From: Rhodothermales bacterium
GTDB taxonomy: Bacteria > Pseudomonadota > Gammaproteobacteria > Xanthomonadales > SZUA-36
Direction: 5' to 3'
Length of the DNA stretch: 64,000 nucleotides
NCBI GenBank assembly: GCA_047614505.1
Contig: JBLHGQ010000002.1
Location: 9,818-73,817, forward strand
Part shown: one piece after another, positions 1-8,233 of the stretch
Position numbering within the stretch: position 1 is the stretch's first letter
Layout of the letters: every line of letters starts with the position of its first letter
Position numbers and translations under genes: made by a program
The notes under the pieces: generated by a model
What the model saw: only the letters and a program-made list of their open reading frames with translations
What the model was told of the DNA's origin: nothing
The model's database searches: none

Positions 1-1234
1 CAGTCAATTGACGACTGGCAGCAAGCTGCCAGGTCGTGGCATCATCAAAATCGCTGAAGTCATCAAGTCTGCCGCTGACGGACCACGAAAACACTTCAGA
101 TGGTTTAGTAAAATATTCCACTGCATAACCCGAAACATCGAAAGATTGGTTCTGATTGGGATCACCAAAAAAAGAGTCCAGACCGCGTTGCTGGTAATCC
201 ACATCTCGTTGATCCAGTGCAAAGCTTAACCGGTGCCTGCCGGACCGGTCATTACCGATATTGACGCTGGCCCTGGCCCTGAATTCCAAAGTCTCAGCTG
301 CCGTGCCACTGGTCCAGACACCATCGGCAAAATTTTGATTGTCAGTATCAATATGATTTACCGAGATGCTTCCGGACCACATACCGCCATCAGGCTGAAC
401 CTTTATTTCACTACGCCAATAAGTCCGGCTCGCATCGGTTTGCCTGTCGGCGTCAACCGGCAATCCTGTAACAAAAAAATCAAAATCATCGAAATCACTT
501 TCAGACTCTACATGACGGCCCAACAAGTTGATTGTTACGACCTCGCTCGCCTGAATTTCCACTCCGGCATTGATGCTGGTATTTTCAGAACCATCACGCT
601 CTGTGCCCACTCTGGAAATATTTGTACCGTCGGTCTGCAAACGTGAAGCCCCTGCCCAGATCCGGTAACCCTCAGAACCGTAGCTACCATTTACATCAAC
701 AAAGCGAGTGTCAAAAGAACCTGTTTCCAGGTCAACGGCCAGCATTTGTTCATCAGTTGATTTCTTTTGAATAATGTTAACCACCGCAGATAACGCACCG
801 GTTCCCCAGGTCGCACTCTGTGGTCCCCGTAAAATTTCAATGCGTTCAACATTTGATGTCAATGCATACTGAAACTGAAACTCATCTGCCGAAGCGGGGT
901 CGTTGACAACAATACCATCCACCAGGACAAGAATATGATTAGCTTCGGAGCCGCGCACTCGAACCTGTGTCTGTGTGCCCGGGCCGCCAGACTGACTCAC
1001 CGCAAACCCGGGAACGGTTCGAAGCAGGTCTGACAAATACTTCACTTGTCTTTGCTCAATTTCAGCACGGTCAATAATGGTTATCGAGCCGGCAACATCA
1101 TTTTCTGCAAGCGGCTCAAGAGACGCAGTAACAACCAGTTTTTCTAGCTCGAGGGGAATCTCCTCTGCCAAGGAACTGGCTGGAGCATTCAACAAAAGGG
1201 TAGCAACAAAAGTTAAACCAATAACAGCTTTCAT
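1..1234 (-). CDS. btuB: TonB-dependent cobalamin outer-membrane receptor (BtuB-like). Only the N-terminal part is present; the C-terminus lies beyond the window start.
   Basis: Hand translation of the minus strand from ATG 1234..1232 gives MKAVIGLTFVATLLLNAPASSLAEE (signal peptide), the TonB box LVVTAS, and plug motifs SITIIDRAEIEQ, VRVRGSEANHILVLVDG and IEILRGPQSATWG. The frame stays open to base 2. It is absent from the ORF track only because there is no stop in the window. A cobalamin riboswitch lies directly upstream. Confidence 0.85.
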   Translation of the reverse strand, partial: MKAVIGLTFVATLLLNAPASSLAEEIPLELEKLVVTASLEPLAENDVAGSITIIDRAEIEQRQVKYLSDLLRTVPGFAVSQSGGPGTQTQVRVRGSEANHILVLVDGIVVNDPASADEFQFQYALTSNVERIEILRGPQSATWGTGALSAVVNIIQKKSTDEQMLAVDLETGSFDTRFVDVNGSYGSEGYRIWAGASRLQTDGTNISRVGTERDGSENTSINAGVEIQASEVVTINLLGRHVESESDFDDFDFFVTGLPVDADRQTDASRTYWRSEIKVQPDGGMWSGSISVNHIDTDNQNFADGVWTSGTAAETLEFRARASVNIGNDRSGRHRLSFALDQRDVDYQQRGLDSFFGDPNQNQSFDVSGYAVEYFTKPSEVFSWSVSGRLDDFSDFDDATTWQLAASRQLT

Positions 1235-1389
1235 GACTTTCTCCACGGCGTTCTCACCCGAACGCGTTGGGAGCAATGTTGGCTGAAATGGATGGCTTTG
1301 CCTTTCCGAAGAGGGATTTGCAGAGATCCTGAGGTTTTTTTGACCGAAAAATCTCACAAGCCCTCGCCCGCCGCGATTGCATAAAGTGA

Positions 1390-1575
1390 AACACTGCTGG
1401 CCGGTCTCCGGACTTGCAAAGAGCGATTACATCGCTGGTGTCTGGTCGCCTTCCCATGCCGTGGCACAGTGGCTGCATTGACCTGACCTTCGCTTACCGT
1501 TGCGGGGGCAGTGACGGAATTGCATTAAGCGCACCGTCTTCCCGTTTAATCCCCTGACCGAGCGGTCATAGGGAC
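1390..1575 (-). promoter_or_regulatory. Cobalamin (B12) riboswitch in the btuB leader
   Basis: The minus strand carries the B12 box AAGTCCGGAGACCGGCC (complement of 1399..1415), GCCACTG (complement of 1467..1473), and GGGAAGACGGTG...CACTGCCCCCGCAACGG (complement of about 1495..1543). It sits between the btuB ATG (1234) and the divergent apbE. Boundaries are approximate. Confidence 0.85.
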
Positions 1576-1632
1576 ACCTGCAGACTCGGGGCGAGCATGC
1601 AACATTGACTGGAATGAGTCAAGCATCACAAC

Positions 1633-2712
1633 ATGAAGTTCGTAAGCTCCCTCTTGATTCGGCAGAATAGCCACATGACTTACCACATCAGATTCTTTCT
1701 ATGTTTTTCTTTCATGATTTGCAGTGCCTGCTCACAGCACGCCGAGCAACGAGCGGAATTCTTTGTGTTTGGAACGCTGGTAGAAGTAGTGATACGGGAT
1801 GCCGACCAGGAATCCACTGCAAGGGCATTCAGCGAACTGCAACAGCGCTTTCAACTAATGCACAGGGATTGGCATGCCTGGGAAGCGGGCACCCTCACTG
1901 AGATCAATACAGCGTTTGCAACAGGCCAAAAAATTGAGGTAAGTGACGATATCCGGCATTTGATTTTGCGTTCGCAGGAACTCGAGTTTCTCAGTAAAGG
2001 AAATTTCAATGCAACTCTCGGAGGGCTGATTGAATTGTGGGGCTTTCATACCTCTATTTTTCCGGTGACCAGCCCCCCACCTGAAACAGCAGCAATCCAA
2101 AGATTGTTGGATGCTGCGCCTTCGGCTGCCGATATCGTTTTCTCCGGTGAGATGGCCTCCAGCACCAACCCTTTGGTGCAGTTAGACTTTGGTGCAATCG
2201 CAAAAGGGTATGCGGTAGATATCGCAATTGGAATCCTGGCGCGGCACGGAATCACGAATGCCCTGGTTAATGCAGGGGGTGATTTAAGAGCAACTGGCGG
2301 CACCTTGAACGAACCATGGAAAGTTGGCATCCGAAAACCAGGCGGTGGTGTGATTGGCGGAATTGAAATTATTGGGGATGAGGCTGTCTTTACATCCGGA
2401 GTTGACCAAAGATATCTGGAACAATCTGAACTGCGCTACCCGCATATTCTCGACCCACATACCGGTCAAGCCGTTCAAGGAGTGGCCTCCGTTACGGTTA
2501 TTGCAGATTTAGGCATTTTTGCCGATGCTGCAGCTACGGCAATGATCGTTGCAGGCAGAGAAGGGTGGCAGGAACTGACCGCGGATATGGGCTTAACAGA
2601 AGTACTGCTGATTGATGATCAGGGCGAAATATTCATGACTCCTGAAATGAGAGACCGCCTTAAACTTGAGCCTGGCGTTGAGCCAAGAACTCACGTGGTG
2701 GGCCGGGACTAG
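1633..2712 (+). CDS. apbE: FAD:protein FMN transferase (ApbE family lipoprotein)
   Basis: ApbE motifs DFGAIAKGYAVD, NAGGDL and TSGVDQRY...HILDPHTG. The N-terminus is hydrophobic with Cys residues (lipoprotein-like). The start is uncertain (1633 or ATG 1675). Confidence 0.85.
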   Translation: MKFVSSLLIRQNSHMTYHIRFFLCFSFMICSACSQHAEQRAEFFVFGTLVEVVIRDADQESTARAFSELQQRFQLMHRDWHAWEAGTLTEINTAFATGQKIEVSDDIRHLILRSQELEFLSKGNFNATLGGLIELWGFHTSIFPVTSPPPETAAIQRLLDAAPSAADIVFSGEMASSTNPLVQLDFGAIAKGYAVDIAIGILARHGITNALVNAGGDLRATGGTLNEPWKVGIRKPGGGVIGGIEIIGDEAVFTSGVDQRYLEQSELRYPHILDPHTGQAVQGVASVTVIADLGIFADAAATAMIVAGREGWQELTADMGLTEVLLIDDQGEIFMTPEMRDRLKLEPGVEPRTHVVGRD

Positions 2713-2750
2713 TGTCCCAACACTCAGTCCACCTTGGTAAAATATTGGAG

Positions 2751-3302
2751 CTAAAACATGCCTGTTTCGAGTTTTGCAACGTCAGACATCATATGGTGGT
2801 TCCAGGGGGGATCAAAGGTAAGCTCTACATCTACTTTGGCTATGGTTGGAATCAACATGATCTTCGAACGTACATCCTCAACCAGGATGTCCCCCATTCC
2901 ACAACCCGGCGCAGTTAAGGTCATTGTTACATCAACACTGAATTGACCGCCCTCATCAGCTTGTAATTCACAGGAATAAATCAGGCCAAGCTCAACTATA
3001 TTAACCGGAATTTCAGGGTCATACACAGTCCTGGCCTGAGCCCAAACCAATTTTTCGATATCATCGATGGTGGCGTCTTCGGGAAGACTTGGTGGCAAAA
3101 CCGGCTCTTTGCCAATCGCATCAGCATCAATACCGGCCACTCTAAAAAGATTGCCATCCACAAACACGGTAAAACTACCGCCAAGTGACTGAGTGATGTA
3201 ACCGACCGTTCCTACAGGCAAGGTCACTTCATCGCCAGAAGGGATCATAACGACCTGGCAATCACGTTCAAACTGGCATGGCTGACTTGTTTGGCTGAAC
3301 AT
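2751..3302 (-). CDS. sufT: SufT-like Fe-S assembly protein (N-terminal SufT domain plus DUF59/MIP18 domain)
   Basis: 183 aa. Contains RDCQVVMIPSGDEVTLPVGTVGYITQSLGGSFTV, then the DUF59 core VYDPEIPVNIVELGLIY...TLTAPGCGMG. No other suf genes are nearby. Confidence 0.7.
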   Translation of the reverse strand: MFSQTSQPCQFERDCQVVMIPSGDEVTLPVGTVGYITQSLGGSFTVFVDGNLFRVAGIDADAIGKEPVLPPSLPEDATIDDIEKLVWAQARTVYDPEIPVNIVELGLIYSCELQADEGGQFSVDVTMTLTAPGCGMGDILVEDVRSKIMLIPTIAKVDVELTFDPPWNHHMMSDVAKLETGMF

Positions 3303-3440
3303 TTTATCGATTCAACTTTTCATTGCGAATGATTCGGAGTATTTCTTAAATGCGGGCCTGTTCGGACAATTCAAGACAAGCGCCTCCATAAGTTCATTAT
3401 GCCACTCACATCCCCTGATGATCTAAGTCATATTTCTAAA

Positions 3441-3455
3441 TGAGAATGATTGTTA
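3441..3455. promoter_or_regulatory. Fur-box-like site 1
   Basis: TGAGAATGATTGTTA matches the 7-1-7 Fur motif TGATAAT-N-ATTATCA at 11 of 14 positions. It lies upstream of the TonB-dependent receptor. Confidence 0.45.
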
Positions 3456-3490
3456 TTTGTATTAACTACGATTATTATGTACATCTCAAA

Positions 3491-3505
3491 CGAGAATGGT
3501 TCTCA
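3491..3505. promoter_or_regulatory. Fur-box-like site 2
   Basis: CGAGAATGGTTCTCA is palindromic and matches the 7-1-7 Fur motif at 10 of 14 positions. It sits just before the likely receptor start. Confidence 0.35.
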
Positions 3506-3517
3506 TCAGCAAGAAAT

Positions 3518-5818
3518 GTGAAAAGGAATACTTTTGTGCCGGGATTTTTTTCTAAACTTAGCGTGGTGATTTTGCTCGTCAACCCCCTCAGCGGTGTGAC
3601 CGATTGTGAGCAAAGCGGGGACAGAGCCAAAACTGACAGCAGCCTGGCCTGTCGCCCGCTGGAAAATGTCACGATCCTTGGCATTGCTCAGGATAGAAGC
3701 AAAATTGCCGGCGCTGCTACATTGATTGGTGCATCGGAACTGGAAGCTTTCGCAACTGTAGATGTAAGCCGTGCTCTACGCCGTGTACCCGGCACTTCCT
3801 TGCAGGCCGAAGATGGTTATGGCCTGCGACCCAATATCAGCATTCGGGGTACACCGAGTGAACGATCAAGCCGAATCACTCTACTTGAAGATAATGTTTT
3901 GATTGCCCCGGCCCCTTATGCGGCGCCCGCGGCATATTACTTTCCCAGCTTCGGACGAATCAATGCAGTTGAGGTATTGAAAGGGCCGGCAGCTATTTCC
4001 CAGGGCCCCTACACTATCGGTGGCGCATTAAACCTGCTATCAACCCCGATACCTGATCGATTGAGTGGCCAGGTCAGAATGGAGGGAGGATCTGACAGTT
4101 CATGGCGAACTCATGCCTGGTATGGTGATAGCGACAGCCGATTTGCATGGATGGTCGAAACCCAGCTTTGGAAGTCGGATGGCTATCAGGATATTGACCG
4201 ATCAAAAGCCAACACCGGACTCGATAAATCCGACTACCTTGCAAAATTTCGAATTTCCTCAGACCCCGCATCGAATGTTTATCAGTTCCTGGACATCAAA
4301 CTTCAAAGCTCCAGCGAGGACTCTGGACAGAGCTATCTCGGACTTAGTGACGAAGATTTCAGGGAAAATCCTATCAGACGTTATGGGCTCTCGGCGCTGG
4401 ATAATTTACACAATACCCATGACCAGATTGTTCTAAGTTGGCATATCGAACCATTTGACGGTCTCGATTTTTTCGTAACCGCCTACAACAACAACACTGC
4501 ACGGGCCTGGTATAAGACCGAGGGTATTGATTTCAGCGGCAGCGAAAACAGCAGCGAATTTAATCGGACCAGCTGGTCATCAGTGATCAACGCCATCAAT
4601 AGCACCTCGATCATTGACGGACTATCGAGCGAGGCCTTGCAGGCAATTCTGGATGGCGCCGACACTCTGCCAGGATCAATTCAAATCCGCAACAATGCGC
4701 GCGAATACTACTCTAGAGGCGTTCAGGCTGGCGGAAATAGGCGATTTGATTCCGGAGAAACGACGCACAATTTAAAATTTGGCATCAGGCTACATCGTGA
4801 TCAGGAAGACCGGATGCAACGCAATGACAGCTATCAGCAGCAGGGTGGCTCACTTCTATTAAGCGACACTGGCAAACAGGGCAATGCAGGCAATCGTATT
4901 CAGGAAGCGCAAGCGTGGTCATTTTTTGTCCAGGACCGGATTGAGATTGGACAGTGGACCATTACGCCGGGCTTGCGTTACGAAAATATCGAGCAGAAAC
5001 GGATCGATTTTGGTGCAAACCCGGCTAATCCTTCAGGAAGGGCAGCAACGGATGTTAAGTCCCAACGGCAAAACAGCGAAGATTTCTGGTTGCCTGGAGT
5101 TGGTGTTTTGTTTGATATCAATGATCAGTGGTCATTGATCGCAGGCGTTCATAAAGGTTTCAGTGCACCCGGAGATAAACAGGGCGTTGAAGCTGAGGAA
5201 AGCATCAACTATGAGGCCGGATTCAGGTATCAATCCGGGGGTCTGAATATTGAAGCGATTGCATTCTTTCAGGACTATCGGAACCTGCAGGGAATTTGTA
5301 CTGCCTCAAGTGGAACGGGATGTGAAATTGGGGATGTATTCAATGGTCAGGCAGTGTCGATTCCCGGACTGGAATTCACGCTTACACATGAGCTCGCCCC
5401 TGAAAAATCGTTCTCGATGCCCCTGCAGATTACTTACACCTGGATGGATGCGCAATTTGACAGCGATATAAGCGATTCTGAGTTCTTTGGTGATGTTGTT
5501 GCAGGCGACCCGGTGCCATACATCCCCGACCAACAACTGTTTGTGTCATTGGGGCTGGAGCTTGGGCTCTGGGCAGCATATTTAAGTGGGAGTTACGTGG
5601 ATTCAGTATGTACGATAGCCAGTTGTGGCGCGTTCCAAAAAACTGACTCAAGCACGATATTTGACCTTGGCGTTCATTACCAACTGAACAGCCGTCTGGA
5701 GCTTTTCACAGTAGTGGAGAATCTAAGCGCCCAATTAGATATCGCCGGCCGTCAGCCCTATGGTGCCCGGCCGGGCAAAGACAGAAGTTGGCTGCTGGGC
5801 GCCCGTCTCGATTTTTAA
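3518..5818 (+). CDS. TonB-dependent receptor (FecA/siderophore-like)
   Basis: Plug motifs IRGTPSERSSRITLLEDNVLIAPAPY and VEVLKGPAAISQGP, the TonB-box-like ENVTILG, and a beta-barrel ending ...GARLDF with terminal Phe. The track ORF starts at 3440, but that overlaps the Fur-like boxes. GTG 3518 (VKRNTFVPGFFSKLSVVILLV) is my best guess for the start. Confidence 0.85.
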   Translation: MKRNTFVPGFFSKLSVVILLVNPLSGVTDCEQSGDRAKTDSSLACRPLENVTILGIAQDRSKIAGAATLIGASELEAFATVDVSRALRRVPGTSLQAEDGYGLRPNISIRGTPSERSSRITLLEDNVLIAPAPYAAPAAYYFPSFGRINAVEVLKGPAAISQGPYTIGGALNLLSTPIPDRLSGQVRMEGGSDSSWRTHAWYGDSDSRFAWMVETQLWKSDGYQDIDRSKANTGLDKSDYLAKFRISSDPASNVYQFLDIKLQSSSEDSGQSYLGLSDEDFRENPIRRYGLSALDNLHNTHDQIVLSWHIEPFDGLDFFVTAYNNNTARAWYKTEGIDFSGSENSSEFNRTSWSSVINAINSTSIIDGLSSEALQAILDGADTLPGSIQIRNNAREYYSRGVQAGGNRRFDSGETTHNLKFGIRLHRDQEDRMQRNDSYQQQGGSLLLSDTGKQGNAGNRIQEAQAWSFFVQDRIEIGQWTITPGLRYENIEQKRIDFGANPANPSGRAATDVKSQRQNSEDFWLPGVGVLFDINDQWSLIAGVHKGFSAPGDKQGVEAEESINYEAGFRYQSGGLNIEAIAFFQDYRNLQGICTASSGTGCEIGDVFNGQAVSIPGLEFTLTHELAPEKSFSMPLQITYTWMDAQFDSDISDSEFFGDVVAGDPVPYIPDQQLFVSLGLELGLWAAYLSGSYVDSVCTIASCGAFQKTDSSTIFDLGVHYQLNSRLELFTVVENLSAQLDIAGRQPYGARPGKDRSWLLGARLDF

Positions 5819-5944
5819 TCTCCAAAGGTCAACTTCCAGCCACAAGCAAACCTTGAACTTATGCTTTTATTCAGCCCTTTTGTTTGATTCGGCCAATTGG
5901 ATATCAGTTTTTGGTTACAATTTTAGAGGTTGGCAGGAGCCTCA

Positions 5945-6214
5945 ATGCTTGTAGGCAGTTCACTAATATTTGTGCATAACCCCAGAACTGGAGGAAATTC
6001 CGTACGGGATTACCTGCGTCATGCTGTGCCTGACAACTATTTTCCTGAGGCAGATACTGCCATGCCTGACAAAGACAAAATGTGGTTTGTCCACCAGGGA
6101 CTGGCTATTACACACCAATACGCCCAGAGGCTCGGTCTTGACCCATTTGTTATTCCAACCCTGGTATGCATTAAGAAACAAATACCAACTCTGCGCTTGT
6201 GCATGCTGGGATGA
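5945..6214 (+). pseudogene. Sulfotransferase-family gene remnant (N-terminal about 90 codons, then a frameshift)
   Basis: AGGAG at 5935..5939 precedes ATG 5945. IFVHNPRTGGNSVRDYL resembles the PAPS-binding loop (F-I-H-I-P-K-T-G-G-T-S type). The expected RNPY-type motif appears only in another frame (ALRNKYQL in ORF 5970..6398). The reading frames then run into the next gene. Confidence 0.4.
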
Positions 6215-6255
6215 TATTATTGCGTCACTCAATTACACACTCACGGGCGCTTCAA

Positions 6256-8220
6256 ATGATGCGAGCCAGAAAATCATTTTCTATTGCAGCGGGATTTACC
6301 ATGGCTGCAGCGACGGTTTTCACCACTATCAACGCTGCGGAGCCGCTGGAAATTCTGCCCTTTCCTCCCGGAATGGGCAATCCGGTCTGGCTGGCTGAAC
6401 GTCAAGCAGCACAAATCGCCACCAGGGGTGATTTCAAGTCATTCGTGGACTTTGGTTTTAAAGACCTGCGACCTGAAAGTGGCATCACATTCAAACACCG
6501 CATCGTCTCGGACGCAGGTGAAACATACAAGGCGGTCCATTACGATCATGGTAACGGCGTGTCAGTTGCCGATGTGGATGGCGACGGACATTATGATATC
6601 TACTTCACCAACCAGGTTGGCGCCAACGAACTGTGGCGTAACATGGGCAACGGCAAGTTTGAAAACATCACCGATACGGCAGGGGTTGCGGTGGCAGATC
6701 GAATCAGCGTCACATCCTCATTCGCCGACATTGACAATGACGGCGATCAGGATCTTTATGTGACCTCGATGCGCAAGGGCAACCTGTTGTTTGAGAACGA
6801 CGGCAAGGGGCATTTCAGTGACATCACTGCCCAGTCCGGACTGGGTCACGTGGGTCATTCCTCGGGCGCTTCGTTTTTTGACTTCAACCGCGACGGTCTG
6901 TTGGACCTGTACCTCAGCAACGTGGGCCAATACACCAGTGAACTGCTGCAAAGGCAGACCTACGAGGGCGTGGATTACAGTTACCACGTGGGCTACACAG
7001 ATGCCTTCGCGAGTCATAATATTCCATCCCGTACCGAACACAGCCTGTTGTTCCAAAATCTGGGCGGCAAGCAGTTCAAAAACGTCACTAGCTCCATGTA
7101 CCTGGTGGATTCAGGATGGTCGGGTGACTCACACATCGTTGATATCAACGATGACGGCTGGCCCGACATTTACGAAATCAACATGCAGGGCCACGACAAG
7201 TATTATGAAAACAACAAGGGTGAATCTTTCATAGCAAAAAGCCGTGCTGTTTTCCCGAAGACCTCCTGGGGTGCGATGGGTATCGCAGTGTTTGACTGGA
7301 ATAACGACGGCCGTATGGATATTTACATCACGGACATGCATTCCGATATGAGCGCCAAGGCGGCGCCGGATCAGGAAAAGGAAAAATCAAATATCACCTG
7401 GCCCGAAGAGCACCTGCAAAGCGGCGGAATGAGTATTTACGGCAACACATTTTTTGAGAAGCAGGCCGATGGCAGTTTTAAAGAAATATCGGATAGCATC
7501 GGCGCCGAAAATTATTGGCCCTGGGGCCTGAGCGCAGCAGACCTGAATGCGGACGGATTCACTGACGTGTTTATCGCTTCAAGCATGAATTACCCTTTCC
7601 GTTATGGCGTAAATTCAGTTCTGATCAATGAGCAGGGTGAACGTTTCCGGGATGCGGAATTCATTCTGGGCGTTGAGCCGCGCCGTGACGACGCCGTCAT
7701 GCGGCCCTGGTTCGCACGTGATTGCACCGGAATCGACGAGGAAACCCGCAAGAATATGAGCATCATGCTCAAGCAGCGGGAATGTATCAAAAATGAGGGC
7801 AACTTCATGGTACATGGTGCCCTGGGTAGCCGTTCTTCGGTGGTCTTCGATTTCGACAACGACGGTGATCTGGACATCATTACCAATGATTTCAATTCCT
7901 CTCCGCTGGTGCTGGTGAGTAATCTGTCGGAGCAACTGGACTCATTGAGTTACCTGAAGGTTCGCTTGCAGGGCACGGTCTCCAATCGCAGCGGACTCGG
8001 CTCGCGGGTGATTGTAAGGGCAGGCGGACGGCAGTATGTTCAGGTGCTCGACGGCAAATCCGGTTACCTGTCTCAGAGTCTGAAACCTCTGTATTTCGGC
8101 TTGAACGGGGCGGATAGCGTGGATGCCGTAGAAGTGCACTGGCCGTCAGGTCAAGTCCAGAACATTAAAAAAGACATCCCACGAAACGGCCTATTGGACA
8201 TCACAGAACCCACGCAGTGA
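6256..8220 (+). CDS. CRTAC1-family secreted protein (FG-GAP/VCBS repeats plus C-terminal ASPIC/UnbV domain)
   Basis: Signal peptide MMRARKSFSIAAGFTMAAATVFTTINAAE. Seven DxDGDG-type repeats: VADVDGDGHYDIYF, ADIDNDGDQDLYV, FDFNRDGLLDLYL, VDINDDGWPDIYE, FDWNNDGRMDIYI, ADLNADGFTDVFI and FDFDNDGDLDIIT. C-terminal GLGSRVIVRAGGRQYVQVLDGKSGYLSQS. The start at ATG 6256 is inferred; the track ORF begins at 6199. Confidence 0.8.
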   Translation: MMRARKSFSIAAGFTMAAATVFTTINAAEPLEILPFPPGMGNPVWLAERQAAQIATRGDFKSFVDFGFKDLRPESGITFKHRIVSDAGETYKAVHYDHGNGVSVADVDGDGHYDIYFTNQVGANELWRNMGNGKFENITDTAGVAVADRISVTSSFADIDNDGDQDLYVTSMRKGNLLFENDGKGHFSDITAQSGLGHVGHSSGASFFDFNRDGLLDLYLSNVGQYTSELLQRQTYEGVDYSYHVGYTDAFASHNIPSRTEHSLLFQNLGGKQFKNVTSSMYLVDSGWSGDSHIVDINDDGWPDIYEINMQGHDKYYENNKGESFIAKSRAVFPKTSWGAMGIAVFDWNNDGRMDIYITDMHSDMSAKAAPDQEKEKSNITWPEEHLQSGGMSIYGNTFFEKQADGSFKEISDSIGAENYWPWGLSAADLNADGFTDVFIASSMNYPFRYGVNSVLINEQGERFRDAEFILGVEPRRDDAVMRPWFARDCTGIDEETRKNMSIMLKQRECIKNEGNFMVHGALGSRSSVVFDFDNDGDLDIITNDFNSSPLVLVSNLSEQLDSLSYLKVRLQGTVSNRSGLGSRVIVRAGGRQYVQVLDGKSGYLSQSLKPLYFGLNGADSVDAVEVHWPSGQVQNIKKDIPRNGLLDITEPTQ

Positions 8221-8233
8221 AATAACAGTCGCT

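Noticed and set aside
4-1286. Several 60 to 137-aa track ORFs on both strands (4..222, 8..229, 233..646, 1077..1286)
   Set aside because: They lie inside or antisense to the long open minus-strand frame that translates as a textbook BtuB plug/barrel. They are shadow ORFs.
1254-1478. 74-aa minus-strand ORF upstream of btuB
   Set aside because: It coincides with the cobalamin riboswitch core (B12 box, GCCACTG). It is Cys/Arg-rich with no protein-like features.
1633-3302. apbE plus sufT-like adjacency as a cofactor-maturation module
   Set aside because: The genes are convergent with separate promoters, and there is no other suf or flavoprotein partner nearby. The adjacency alone is not evidence of a system.
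5970-6398. 142-aa ORF overlapping the end of the sulfotransferase-like remnant and the start of the CRTAC1 gene
   Set aside because: Only its short ALRNKYQL segment looks meaningful, as the frameshifted continuation of the remnant. The rest is Cys/Gly/Ser-rich and overlaps the CRTAC1 signal-peptide region.
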